The translations under genes were made by a program, and so were the position numbers. Positions 40,786 to 50,024 of a stretch of 64,000 nucleotides of DNA are shown piece by piece; the stretch's first letter is position 1, and every line of letters begins with the position of its first letter. The stretch is taken from positions 448,001 through 512,000 of the forward strand of contig CAVVPN010000004.1 of the NCBI GenBank assembly GCA_963750165.1, written 5' to 3'. The notes below the pieces were generated by a model. The model saw only the letters and a list, made by a program, of their open reading frames with translations, was not told the origin of the DNA and did no database searches. The DNA comes from an uncultured Gemmataceae bacterium (lineage in GTDB: Bacteria > Planctomycetota > Planctomycetia > Gemmatales > Gemmataceae).

Positions 40786-42091
40786 ATGGATCGGAATCAA
40801 CAAGTCGTTGAGCGGACGCGAGCCATCTTCGCCGAGCGCCTGGACGATGTGCTGCACATGGTGCGGCAGGATCGCCAGGACCTGCGCGGCTGGGAGGAAC
40901 CCGCTCACCTGCGCGCCGTCGTTCGCCGCGCCGTCCGTGAAGGCGGCGAGGGCTACGAAGCCACTGCGGTCAGCGTGGCCGAGCCGGAGTGCGGCCGCTC
41001 CGCCGGCGAGCCCGACCGCGGGCAGCAGCGCGAGGGCATCGGTCAACTCCTCGAGGCCGGCGCCCAGGCCCTGGAGCGCATCAGCCAGGATCGGCAGCCG
41101 CAGCTCACTCCCGCTGAGCGCCTCGGGCTGGAGTGTGTACTGCTCATCTACGGCCGGCCGGCGGTGCTGGTCGCCGGTGATCGCCTGGCCAGCGTGCCGG
41201 CGCTCTGGAACCAGCTGGAAGACCAGCGCGAGGACATCGAGCTGGTGCAGCGCGGCGTCGGCCGCATCGAGCTGTTCGGCCATCCCGAGTACGACTGGGC
41301 CGGCACCGCCTGCCTGGTCAGCGACACGGTGCTGATGACGACGCGGCGCACCGCCGAATTGTTCGTGGAGCAGTTCAACCAGCAATGGCAGTTCCGCCCC
41401 GGCATCACCGCCTGGATGGACTACCGCTCCGAGTACCAGCAGACAGCCAGCGCCGGCTACCGCGTCCGCAACATCATCGGCATGCACCCGGTTTACGACC
41501 TGGCGCTGCTGGAGGTCGAGCCGCCGCAGAGCCAGGACGCCTGCCCGCCGGCGCCGCTGAGCCTGGCCGCCGCGCCGCCGATGCCGATCGAGGGCCGGCC
41601 GGTGTACCTGGTCGGCTACCCGGTGCGCGACGCCCGCCGCAACGAGCCGGAGACGCTGACGCGCGTCTTCCGTGACCTGTACAATGTCAAGCGCGTGCAG
41701 CCGGGCCAGCTGCGCGGCACCTTCGCCTTCCGCGACGTGCAGCTGCTGCGCAACGACTGCGGCCTGCTGGGCTCCACCGGCGGCAGACTGCCTGGTGGAC
41801 CTGGAGACGCATCAGGTGCTCGGCCTGCAACTGACCAGCCGTTACCTCGAACAGGGGACCGCCATTCCGCTGTGGACGCTGCGCGACGACCCGATGTTTC
41901 GCCAGGCCGGCGTGACGTTCTCGGACGCCACCCGCTCGGACCTGCAGATGACCCTGAGCCAGTTGGAGCGGCTGGCCCGGAGCCGCTACTGGAACGAGTT
42001 GCGCGGCGCCATCGAGGGCCTGTATCGCCGCGCCTTCGGTTCGGGCAACAACCCCAACCCGCAGCAGCCGCAGCAGCGCAACGGCCGCTGA
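40786..42091 (+). CDS. Trypsin-like (V8-type) protein with degenerate catalytic residues; +1 frameshift near 41787
   Basis: VGRIEL, GTACLV..LMTTRR, HPVYDLALLEV, LVGYP, VKRVQPG, DCGLLGSTGG(S)CLVDLETHQVLGL; AGGAGGT RBS. Confidence 0.75.
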
Positions 42092-42102
42092 CCTGGGCCG
42101 TA

Positions 42103-42187
42103 GAAGCACAGAACCGCCAGGACGCCAGGATGCCAAGAAAACCATTTTTTCTTTGTCTTTCTTGGCGTCCTGGCGGTTCTGTGCTTC
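42103..42187. repeat. Inverted repeat (AACCGCCAGGACGCCA family)
   Basis: GAAGCACAGAACCGCCAGGACGCCA / TGGCGTCCTGGCGGTTCTGTGCTTC. Confidence 0.75.
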
Positions 42188-42637
42188 CTTTCGCGCCGAC
42201 CGTTCGCTCGTCTTTACTGATTGGACAGTTTAACACCAGGAGGAACAAAAACCCCCCACGTTCCTCCGAACAACGTACTGCCTGGGTGGAAAAAGTTGGC
42301 CACCCCTGACGGAATTACGGTCCCGCAGTCGGTTTTTTCGTTCCAGGATGAGTTTTATCAGTTATACTTTTGCGGTTTTGCCGGGTGACTGCCACCTTTT
42401 ACACCCCGGCGGCACAGACCGGCAGCAAGGCCCGGAACGGGACACCTGGCGAGCGGCGGCAGGGAAGAGATTTTTCTTAAAAACTTCGGACTGAAAGTCA
42501 ACTGTTTCTTGTAGTTAAAGAAAAATCGTGCGAGGCAATTGATTTTTGAAATGATCGGCACCTATATTGCTGTGGGAGAAAGAAGTTTTAACCAATCCTC
42601 CAGGATGGATAGCGAACATAGCGAAAGGTTGAGAGTC

Positions 42638-43114
42638 ATGGCACGACGTGATGCTCTGCTTCGCCTGCACAGATCCCTCATGGCGCGCCGCGACGAACTG
42701 CGTAAGCGTCTGGGTGGAGAAATCAAAGACCTACGCAATCAGCAGCACGACAACAACTCCGGCGACAGCGCCGACCTGGCGTTCGACACCGCCGGTGAGG
42801 AGGTTGCTTCGCACCTGGCTGAACTGGAATCGCGCGAGTTGGCCCAGATTGAACGGGCTTTATTTAAGCTCCGGCACGGCAGTTATGGCGTCTGCGAGGG
42901 CTGCGAGAAGCGCATCCCGGTGGCCCGGCTGAACGCCCTGCCGTTCAGTACCACCTGCATCCAGTGCCAGCGCGAAATGGAGCGGACGGGCAGTTTCGGC
43001 GACGGCCGCACCGGCGGCAACTGGGAGAAGGTCCACGACGCCGAGAGTCCGATGGAAGATCAGCGCGACATCGACCTGTCCGAGATCGAGATGGACCTGT
43101 CCGGCAACCGCTGA
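42638..43114 (+). CDS. dksA: TraR/DksA-family C4 zinc-finger transcription factor
   Basis: Coiled coil with DSADLA tip, YGVCEGC..IPVARLNALP..TCIQCQ. Confidence 0.9.
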   Translation: MARRDALLRLHRSLMARRDELRKRLGGEIKDLRNQQHDNNSGDSADLAFDTAGEEVASHLAELESRELAQIERALFKLRHGSYGVCEGCEKRIPVARLNALPFSTTCIQCQREMERTGSFGDGRTGGNWEKVHDAESPMEDQRDIDLSEIEMDLSGNR

Positions 43115-43125
43115 CCCATTCACCC

Positions 43126-43170
43126 ACGCAAAAAGCCCGCGTCCTGGCGACTGCGGGCTTTTTGCGTTTT
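43126..43170 (+). terminator. Rho-independent terminator after dksA
   Basis: ACGCAAAAAGCCCGC...GCGGGCTTTTTGCGTTTT. Confidence 0.85.
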
Positions 43171-43313
43171 CTGCGGTCCCCTTCCCGCCATTTCCTGTGC
43201 GAATCGGTGCCATTTCCTGAGCGCGTGTGCCGGCCGCCGCCTAAAATTGGGACGCGCCCTTCTCCGCCCGCGCATCTCTCGTCCGAACCTCCATCCGGCT
43301 CCGGAGCGATTTT

Positions 43314-44504
43314 ATGTTCAAACGTGCGCTGTTCGTGCTGTTCCTTGGCGCCTGCGCCACCGTCGGCGGCTCCCTGGTGGCGACCCTTGGTCCCCGACTC
43401 GTCATCCCCGCCGGCGCCCAGGTGCCGGCCACCCCGGCCGTTGTGCCTGTGCCGAGCCCCCAGCCGGCCCCCGCCGAGTTGACCGCCCTCAGCGACCGAT
43501 TCGAGGCGATCACCCGCAAGGTGCTGCCCGCCGTTGTGGCAGTGGAAGCCCGCCGCGTCACCAAGTCGTCTTTCCAGGGCGGCAAGGATCGCGTGGTCGA
43601 TGAATCCGGCTCCGGCGTGCTCGTCAAGCTGGCCGGCTGGACGGGCACCCTGGTGCTGACCAATAACCACGTTGTCACGGGAGCGCGGCCGGACCAGATC
43701 ACGGTTCACCTGGCGGACGGCCGGGTGCTGATCCCCGCCAAGGTGTGGACGGACCCGGAATCGGACGTGGCGGTGCTCGGCCTGAACCCGCCGGGGGCGG
43801 TGCCGGTGGCGTCGCTGGGCGACAGCGACCAGATGCGCGTCGGCCAATGGGTGCTGGCGATGGGCAGTCCGTTTGGCCTGAACCAGACGGTGACGCACGG
43901 CATCCTCAGCGCCCGCGAGCGCGGCCAGGTGAGCCTGGGCAGCGGCATCCGCATCAAGGACTTTTTGCAGACCGACGCGGCCATCAACCCCGGCAGCAGC
44001 GGCGGCCCGCTCGTGAGCCTGAAGGGCGAGGTGATCGGCATCAACACAGCCATCGCGTCGCTGAGCGGCAGCAACAGCGGCGTGGGCTTCAGCATCCCCA
44101 TCAACCAGGTGCAGCGGGTGGCCAAGTACCTGCTGGAGCGCGGCAGCGTGCCGCGCGGCTACCTGGGGATGCAGCTGGCGGCAGCGTTCGAGCCGACGGA
44201 CGCGCTGCGGCTGGGCATGGACAAGGTGCGCGGCGCCTGGGTGGAGCGCGTGTACGCGAACACGCCGGCCGCCGCCGCGGGGCTGCGCGACAATGACGTG
44301 GTGTTGCAGGTCGAGAACGTCGCCATCCGCAGTGACACGCACCTGATTAACCTGATTAGCACGTTGACCGCCGGGCAGCGGGTGCAGTTACAGGTGTGGC
44401 GCGCGGGCAAGCAGCTCACGCTGGAGGCGCAAGTCGGCGACTGGTCCCGGGACAGAGTGCGGTTCGGCGCGCTGAGGAGAGAGGGCGCGGCAGCGTATCG
44501 GTGA
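43314..44504 (+). CDS. HtrA/DegQ-family serine protease with one PDZ domain
   Basis: Signal peptide, GSGV, LTNNHVV, DVAVL, QTDAAINPGSSGGPL, PDZ RGYLGM. Confidence 0.93.
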   Translation: MFKRALFVLFLGACATVGGSLVATLGPRLVIPAGAQVPATPAVVPVPSPQPAPAELTALSDRFEAITRKVLPAVVAVEARRVTKSSFQGGKDRVVDESGSGVLVKLAGWTGTLVLTNNHVVTGARPDQITVHLADGRVLIPAKVWTDPESDVAVLGLNPPGAVPVASLGDSDQMRVGQWVLAMGSPFGLNQTVTHGILSARERGQVSLGSGIRIKDFLQTDAAINPGSSGGPLVSLKGEVIGINTAIASLSGSNSGVGFSIPINQVQRVAKYLLERGSVPRGYLGMQLAAAFEPTDALRLGMDKVRGAWVERVYANTPAAAAGLRDNDVVLQVENVAIRSDTHLINLISTLTAGQRVQLQVWRAGKQLTLEAQVGDWSRDRVRFGALRREGAAAYR

Positions 44505-44534
44505 CCGCCCGGCGGTGTTCACCGCCGGGCGGTC
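44503..44534. terminator. Hairpin between convergent genes
   Basis: GACCGCCCGGCGGTG-TT-CACCGCCGGGCGGTC. Confidence 0.6.
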
Positions 44535-44563
44535 GTTGTCATTTCGTCCGCCGAAAGAGGGCG

Positions 44564-44704
44564 TTAATCCTCTTCTTTCTTGTTGCGGATCATGAAGAAC
44601 ACGATGACCAGGGCGACGAGGATGACGCCGCCGATGATGAAGAACAACGGGGAGCCGATAAAGTCCTCTTGCGCGAACAACAGCGAGCCGATCGAGTGAT
44701 GCAC
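44564..44704 (-). CDS. 46-aa single-TM small protein
   Basis: GAAAGGA RBS, GTG; MHHSIGSLLFAQEDFIGSPLFFIIGGVILVALVIVFFMIRNKKEED. Confidence 0.7.
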   Translation of the reverse strand: MHHSIGSLLFAQEDFIGSPLFFIIGGVILVALVIVFFMIRNKKEED

Positions 44705-44994
44705 AGCAGAACTTCCTTTCTTGGCGACTACCACGGGGGGGACCGGAATGACATTGCACCTGCTCACGGACCACGGTGCGAGTTTCTCTCAGAATGCGCC
44801 GACGCGCGTGAGCGGTTTGGATGAGTGTTCTACACCGAGTCGGGCCGCGTTGCAAGCGCCTGCTGATGAAAATTTGGATTTCCGACGGCGGGTCTGGCGC
44901 AGTGTTCGGCCGGCGGTGTCTTTTCGGTCGCGGTTGCATTTCCATTTTTCCCGAACCCGCGCGCAAGTTTCCTCGCCGCCGGCGTTCACCCGGT

Positions 44995-45117
44995 AAGCAC
45001 GCGACGCCCAGCGTCCTCCTGCACGGCCCCGGCGACAGCCCCGGCCGACTCCCACTGGCACCAACTCTTCCCCAAGAGTGAAGACGCCCGGCGGCGTTCG
45101 CCGGGCGTTCTTCTTTT
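44995..45117 (+). ncRNA. Putative sRNA A (~120 nt); ends approximate
   Basis: Upstream motif CGCGCAAGTTT-N11-GCGTTC; 22-nt block and terminator shared with sRNA B. Confidence 0.5.
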
Positions 45118-45196
45118 CCCGGCCCGTCGCCAGGCTCCGCCGAAAAAAATTCCGACAAGCACGCGCAAGTTTGCCGCGGTGGCGCGTTCCTCGTGC

Positions 45197-45434
45197 GAGC
45201 CCAGGAACAGCATTGAGGACTTTCCTTCGGGATGGCCGGACACGCGGTTCAGGCGCGGCGGCGTCGGCTGGTGGGATTCACCACGCGGGTGTGGTGTATG
45301 GCCCTGCCTCGGACGCCATCTTACCGCCGGAGTCGCCGCGCCTGAACCGCGTGCTCTGGCTACCCCGTTCCAGCAGGCACCAACTCTTCCCCAAGAGAAG
45401 ACGCCCGGCGGCGGTCGCCGGGCGTCCTTTTTTT
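45197..45434 (+). ncRNA. Putative sRNA B (~240 nt) with long rod hairpin; ends approximate
   Basis: Same upstream motif and spacing; 20-bp perfect stem 45241-45260/45334-45353; shared 22-mer; terminator with T7. Confidence 0.55.
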
Positions 45435-45463
45435 CATGCAGAGACGGTGAGCGGAAGCGGGAC

Positions 45464-45667
45464 TTACGAGTTCAGGTTGAAAACGTCCTCGCACTTGAAG
45501 TCGTGCAGATCGTAAGCGGGGCTGAAGTACACCCCCGCGCCGGCGAACGCCACCGTCGGCTCATCCACCGCGATCTTTCGGCCGTCCCGCAATTCCACGA
45601 CGAACGGAAGAAACGGCTCGCGCTGCAAGAAACTCCGCAGCGTTTGCTGAAACAGTTCCTGCTTCAT
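45464..45667 (-). CDS. Small hypothetical protein (67 aa)
   Basis: GGAGG RBS; LQREPFLPFVVELRDGRKIAV, resembling a small-protein family common in planctomycetes. Confidence 0.75.
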   Translation of the reverse strand: MKQELFQQTLRSFLQREPFLPFVVELRDGRKIAVDEPTVAFAGAGVYFSPAYDLHDFKCEDVFNLNS

Positions 45668-45691
45668 GGCGCCTCCGCGAAAACATCCCCC

Positions 45692-46459
45692 TCACAGCTC
45701 CCACTTCCACGGCTTCATCTTCTCCAGCAGCGCCGCGTGGGTCAAGTTAAACTGCAGCGGCGTAACGGTGATGAAGCCCTCGCCCAGGGCGGTGACGTCG
45801 GTGTCGGGGTGCGGCTCGGGGCAGGTGAAGTCGGGATTGCTCCAGAAGTAGACGCGCCCGCGCGGGTCGGTACGGCGGTCGAACGTCTCCAGGTACGGCG
45901 CCACGTTCTGCGGCACCGTGCGGATGCCGCGGATTGGTCCCTTCTCGAAGCTCGGGATGTTGACATTGAACAAACTGCCGGTTGGCGGCGCCTGAGCGAC
46001 GATCTGCTCGACGACACGGCGGGCCAGTTCGGCGGCGCGCGGGAAGTCGAGCGGCTTGGGTTTGCTGTACTCCAGCGACACGGCGATGCTGGTGCGCTGG
46101 AAGAACGCGCCCTCGATGGCCGCGGCCACGGTGCCGGAGTAGAGCACGTTGATGCCCGCGTTGGAGCCGGCGTTCAGGCCACTGACGATCAGGTCCGGCG
46201 GCTCCGGCAGCAGTTCCATCAGCGCCAGCTTGACGCAGTCGGCCGGCCGGCCCTCGACCGCCCAGCCCATCGGCTGATTCTGCTCGTCGAGCACCTCCTG
46301 CACCAGCAGCGGCGTCAGCAGCGTGATCGAGTGGCCGACGGCGCTCTGCTCGCCCGCCGGCGCCACCACGGTCACCTGGCCCAGCTTCTTCAACTCGGCC
46401 CGCAGCGCCCGCAGGCCAGGGGCGTAAACGCCATCGTCGTTCGTCAGCAGAATCCGCAT
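45692..46459 (-). CDS. surE: 5'/3'-nucleotidase SurE
   Basis: MRILLTNDDGVYAPG, QSAVGHSIT, GRPADCV, SGLNAGSN, YSGTVAAA. Confidence 0.96.
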   Translation of the reverse strand: MRILLTNDDGVYAPGLRALRAELKKLGQVTVVAPAGEQSAVGHSITLLTPLLVQEVLDEQNQPMGWAVEGRPADCVKLALMELLPEPPDLIVSGLNAGSNAGINVLYSGTVAAAIEGAFFQRTSIAVSLEYSKPKPLDFPRAAELARRVVEQIVAQAPPTGSLFNVNIPSFEKGPIRGIRTVPQNVAPYLETFDRRTDPRGRVYFWSNPDFTCPEPHPDTDVTALGEGFITVTPLQFNLTHAALLEKMKPWKWEL

Positions 46460-46478
46460 GAACAACTCCAACAAAGTT

Positions 46479-46553
46479 ATCCACAGATGACACAGATAAC
46501 ACAGATGAAAACCAGCTCTGTTTTCATCTGCGTTATCTGTGTCATCTGTGGAT
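46479..46553. repeat. Inverted repeat (ACACAGAT family)
   Basis: ATCCACAGATGACACAGATAACACAGATGAAAAC and its near-perfect complement. Confidence 0.8.
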
Positions 46554-47908
46554 TTACTCCTGGGTGAATTTTTTCTTCCGCAACAGGTGATGATAATGTT
46601 GCGCGAAGCGATGGGCCTCGTCGCGCACCGACTGCAGCAGCCGCAGCGCCGCCGCGTGCCGGCTCAGCCGCAGCGGCTCCGTCTCGCCGGGTCGGAACAC
46701 TTCCTCCTCGCGCTTGGCCAGCGATAGCAGCACCGGCGGCTCGACGCCCAGGATGCGGAAGGCGTCCAGCGCCGCGTTGAGCTGGCCCTTGCCGCCATCG
46801 ATCAGCAGCACGTCCGGGAAGACCTGCTCCTCCTGTGTCAGCCGCTTGAAGCGCCGCGTCACCACCTCGCGGATGGACGCGAAATCGTCGATGCCCTGCA
46901 CCGACTTGATGCGGTAACGGCGGTAGCCCGGCTTGAACGGCAGGCCGTCGATGAACGACACCAGCGACGCCACCATCTCGTCGCCGCCGAGGTGGGCCAC
47001 ATCGATGCCCTCGATGGTCCGCGGCGTCTGCGCAGGCCGAGCACCTTGCGCAGGCCCGCCAACCCCTTCTTCGGGTCGATGCGGAACACCTCCGGCTGCA
47101 CATCGCGGTCCACATCGCCGCGCAGCGACAGCTTCTGCAGGGCCGCGATCTCGTCGCGCAGCCGGGCCGCCTTCTCGAACTGCATGGCGGCGCTGGCCTC
47201 CAGCATCTGCTGCTCCAGCTCGCGGAACAGCCGGTCCTTCTTGCCCTCCAGCACCAGCCGCAGCGACCGGATCTGGCGGCGGTACTCCTCCCGACTGACG
47301 CGGAAGTTGCACGGCGCTGTACACTGGCGGATGCTGTGCAGGATGCACGGCCGGAACCAGCGCCAGCGCGGGTCCTCCTCGCGGATGTCCAGCGAACAGG
47401 TGCGGAACTGAAAGATGCGCTGCAGCACCTGAATGACGGCCCGCAAACTTTTGGCGCTGGTGAACGGCCCGTAAAGCTTGACGCCACGGCGCCGCGGCGT
47501 GCGCGTGAACTCGACGCGCGGGAACTGTTCACGAGTGCGAATCTGTAAATATGGGAATGATTTGTCGTCCTTGAGCAGCATGTTGAAGCGCGGTTGCGTG
47601 TCCTTGACAAGGCGCGCCTCCAGCAAGAGGGCGTCCACCTCGGTGGGCGCTTCAAGGAAGTCGATGTCGGCGATGACCTTGACGAGGTCGGCGGTGCGCT
47701 GGTCCTCGGTGGCGGCTTTCGTGAAGTAATGGCCGGCGCGGTTGCGGAGGTTCTTGGCCTTGCCGACGTAGACGACGCGGCCCTGCTCGTCCTTCATGAG
47801 ATAGACGCCGGGGCCGGTCGGGAACTGCTTGACCTTGTCCGCGGGGCTGAGCTTGTCGGCGACGGGCGGGGTGGCCTCCGGCGGAATGGGGGGCTCGGCG
47901 CTGGACAT
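46554..47908 (-). CDS. uvrC: Excinuclease ABC subunit C (short form, no C-terminal HhH); 1-nt frameshift near 47033
   Basis: GIY-YIG (PGVYLMKD..YVGKAKNLR), UVR domain (FEKAARLRD), RNase H-like (IEGIDVAH, LIDGGKGQL, RDEAHRFA). Confidence 0.9.
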
Positions 47909-48026
47909 GGGACACCTTTCCTGCGGGCGGTCACTCGTCGGCGGGCCAGGGCGCAGGCGGCCGGTCGTCGGTCGGGCGCAGGTTGGGGCGCGGCTTCGGC
48001 GTGCCGGACCGGCACGAGGTCGGCCC

Positions 48027-48119
48027 TCAGCCGCGGTCGCCGCTGTAGCGGATCGCCAGCCAGGCCGCCACGACGGTCAGGCTGCCCACCAGCCAGGGGC
48101 CGAACGTTTCCCAGAGCAT
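48027..48119 (-). CDS. 30-aa single-TM small protein (not in ORF track)
   Basis: GAGGTG RBS, ATG; MLWETFGPWLVGSLTVVAAWLAIRYSGDRG*; GC-rich third positions. Confidence 0.6.
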   Translation of the reverse strand: MLWETFGPWLVGSLTVVAAWLAIRYSGDRG

Positions 48120-48155
48120 AAGCGCACCTCGGCGGACCGATGTTCACTACCCGTT

Positions 48156-48185
48156 ATCGTAGCGGTTGTGGCGCGGTAAAGGCAA
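48156..48185 (-). promoter_or_regulatory. Putative sigma-70 promoter for small ORF-uvrC-surE
   Basis: TTGCCT-N18-TACGAT on the minus strand. Confidence 0.5.
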
Positions 48186-48227
48186 GGACGCGGCCGGTTG
48201 ACATGGGTATGTCAACCGGCCGCGTCC
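48186..48227. terminator. Hairpin downstream of TIGR03118 gene
   Basis: 19-bp perfect arms GGACGCGGCCGGTTGACAT / ATGTCAACCGGCCGCGTCC. Confidence 0.65.
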
Positions 48228-48252
48228 GCTCCGTTCCCCGGTCGCTCCTCCA

Positions 48253-49803
48253 TTAACCCAGGTCGCAGCCACCGCCGTGTCGCTGGAGTTGGGCGAGCTG
48301 TTCAAAGAAGGTATCGATGGACTGCAGCGTCGCCCCGCCCTGGTCGCTGCTGCCCTGGTAGAAGGTGTGGGTGTCTCGGAAGAACGCGAGTTCGGCGACT
48401 GCCAGGTCGCCGATGGCCGTGTTCAAGGTCTGGCTGTCCAGCCGCAGCGTGGACGACGGCGCGCGGCTCGTGACATCGCTGATGACGGTCAGCACGTCGA
48501 GCTGGACCACGTCGAGATCTGCCTGCACCGCCTGCGCCGGGGCGGAACCTATCGGGGTGCCGGCGGCCACGGCCGTCAGCGAACCGAACAGGCCGTGGCT
48601 CTCGTGGTCGAGCCCGGCGGTGAAGTACACGGTCTGGCTGTCGCCGCCGTTGCCGCCGTTGCCCACCTTCAGCCCCCACAGCCCGTCGATCTGCAGGGGG
48701 TGGCCGCTGGGGTCCGTCAACTGCCCCATCGGGGCGCCCGTGGTGGCGTTGTAGGCGTTGATGTGCCCGTCGCCGAAGTTGCCCACGAGCAGCGTGCCGG
48801 CGAGACTGCCGAAGCTCGACGGCGCGATGGCCAGTCCCCACGGCGAATCGAGCGCGCCGCCCGAGACCAGGCGCTGCCCCCCCGATCCGTCCAGGTTGTA
48901 CACGTCCACGAAGCCGCGGCCCGGCCCGGCCGCGTCGTCGTGTTTGGCGGCATCCTGCTTGGCGTAGGTGACATAGACCTTGCCGTTCAGGACTTGAACG
49001 TTGAAGGGGGCGTAGCCGTGGGGGAGGTTCGGGTCGGTGAACGCGCCGCTGGGCAGCGTGACCTTGGTAAAGTTCGGGTCGTACACCTCGATCTTGCCGG
49101 AGCGGAAGTTGGAGACGTACAGCACGGTCGTACTGCTGGGGTCGGCCGCGAAGATCGGCGTGGCGTTGCTGGCGATGCTCAGGCCCTTGTAGACTGCGCC
49201 CGTTTGCCGGTCGGGATTCGGCTGGGTGAAGTTGTTGCCCGAGTTGTCCACGGCGATGATGCCGTAGGTGCCGGCATTGGCCGGGTTGAACCCCTGCGGG
49301 TTCACGCCGGGGTTCCAGCCGACGATGGTGCCGTCCTCGGTGGCGAACAGGAAGACCGACGCGGCCGAGGTCGGGGCCGGGGCTCCCGTCGTCGGGTTGG
49401 TGAATCCGGAAACCTTGAACCCGCCCATCGCGCCGCCGTCGATGTTGAAGACGGTGCCGCTGGGGGTGCCGCTGGACCCGAACGGGTCGCCGGGCGTCGG
49501 GATGCTGACGACCAGGCTGCTGATCGATAGCGCGATCGGCGGCGTCTGGCCCGGGTTGGCGCTGTAGAGCGTGGACTTGCCCGAGCCGTTATCGGAGAGC
49601 CAGAACGGGCTGCCGCCGCTTTCAGAGATGCCCCAGGGATTTACCAGGTTGGGGTCCTGAAGTTGGGCCACGCCGGGCAGATCGGACACCAAATTCGTTT
49701 GCAGCACGTTGGCGTCCAGCAGGCTGCGCGCTTCCAGCAACTCCAGGGCCGGGCAGAACGACGGGGCGGGGCGGCGGCGCAGGCGCACCGGCGCTTGAAC
49801 CAT
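48253..49803 (-). CDS. TIGR03118-family secreted protein with planctomycete export signal
   Basis: RRR..LELLEARSLL signal; QTNLVSD, DPNLVNPWG, FATEDGTI, YKGL, YAPFNV, LLVGNFGDG, IDGLWGL, HGLFG. Confidence 0.9.
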   Translation of the reverse strand: MVQAPVRLRRRPAPSFCPALELLEARSLLDANVLQTNLVSDLPGVAQLQDPNLVNPWGISESGGSPFWLSDNGSGKSTLYSANPGQTPPIALSISSLVVSIPTPGDPFGSSGTPSGTVFNIDGGAMGGFKVSGFTNPTTGAPAPTSAASVFLFATEDGTIVGWNPGVNPQGFNPANAGTYGIIAVDNSGNNFTQPNPDRQTGAVYKGLSIASNATPIFAADPSSTTVLYVSNFRSGKIEVYDPNFTKVTLPSGAFTDPNLPHGYAPFNVQVLNGKVYVTYAKQDAAKHDDAAGPGRGFVDVYNLDGSGGQRLVSGGALDSPWGLAIAPSSFGSLAGTLLVGNFGDGHINAYNATTGAPMGQLTDPSGHPLQIDGLWGLKVGNGGNGGDSQTVYFTAGLDHESHGLFGSLTAVAAGTPIGSAPAQAVQADLDVVQLDVLTVISDVTSRAPSSTLRLDSQTLNTAIGDLAVAELAFFRDTHTFYQGSSDQGGATLQSIDTFFEQLAQLQRHGGGCDLG

Positions 49804-50024
49804 TTCATCATCGGTCTCTCCTTGAAACGGGGTCATGAGTGGCCCACGACAGAGGGCTGCCCGGGGCGCGCGGGCTCCCAGGGCTGCGGGAGTTCGCCGC
49901 CGGTCAACACCGTCCTTGTGGGCAGAAAGAGTTCCTACACCGCCACGGTGTAGAAAAGGGGCCGTACACAACGAGGAAGGAAAAGGTCAACGCGCATGAG
50001 CCGCAATGGCACGCTGCGTCGGTC

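Noticed and set aside
45030..45385. tRNA or tmRNA suggested by ...GGCACCA ends
   Set aside because: No T-loop (TTCGA), cloverleaf or tag reading frame found
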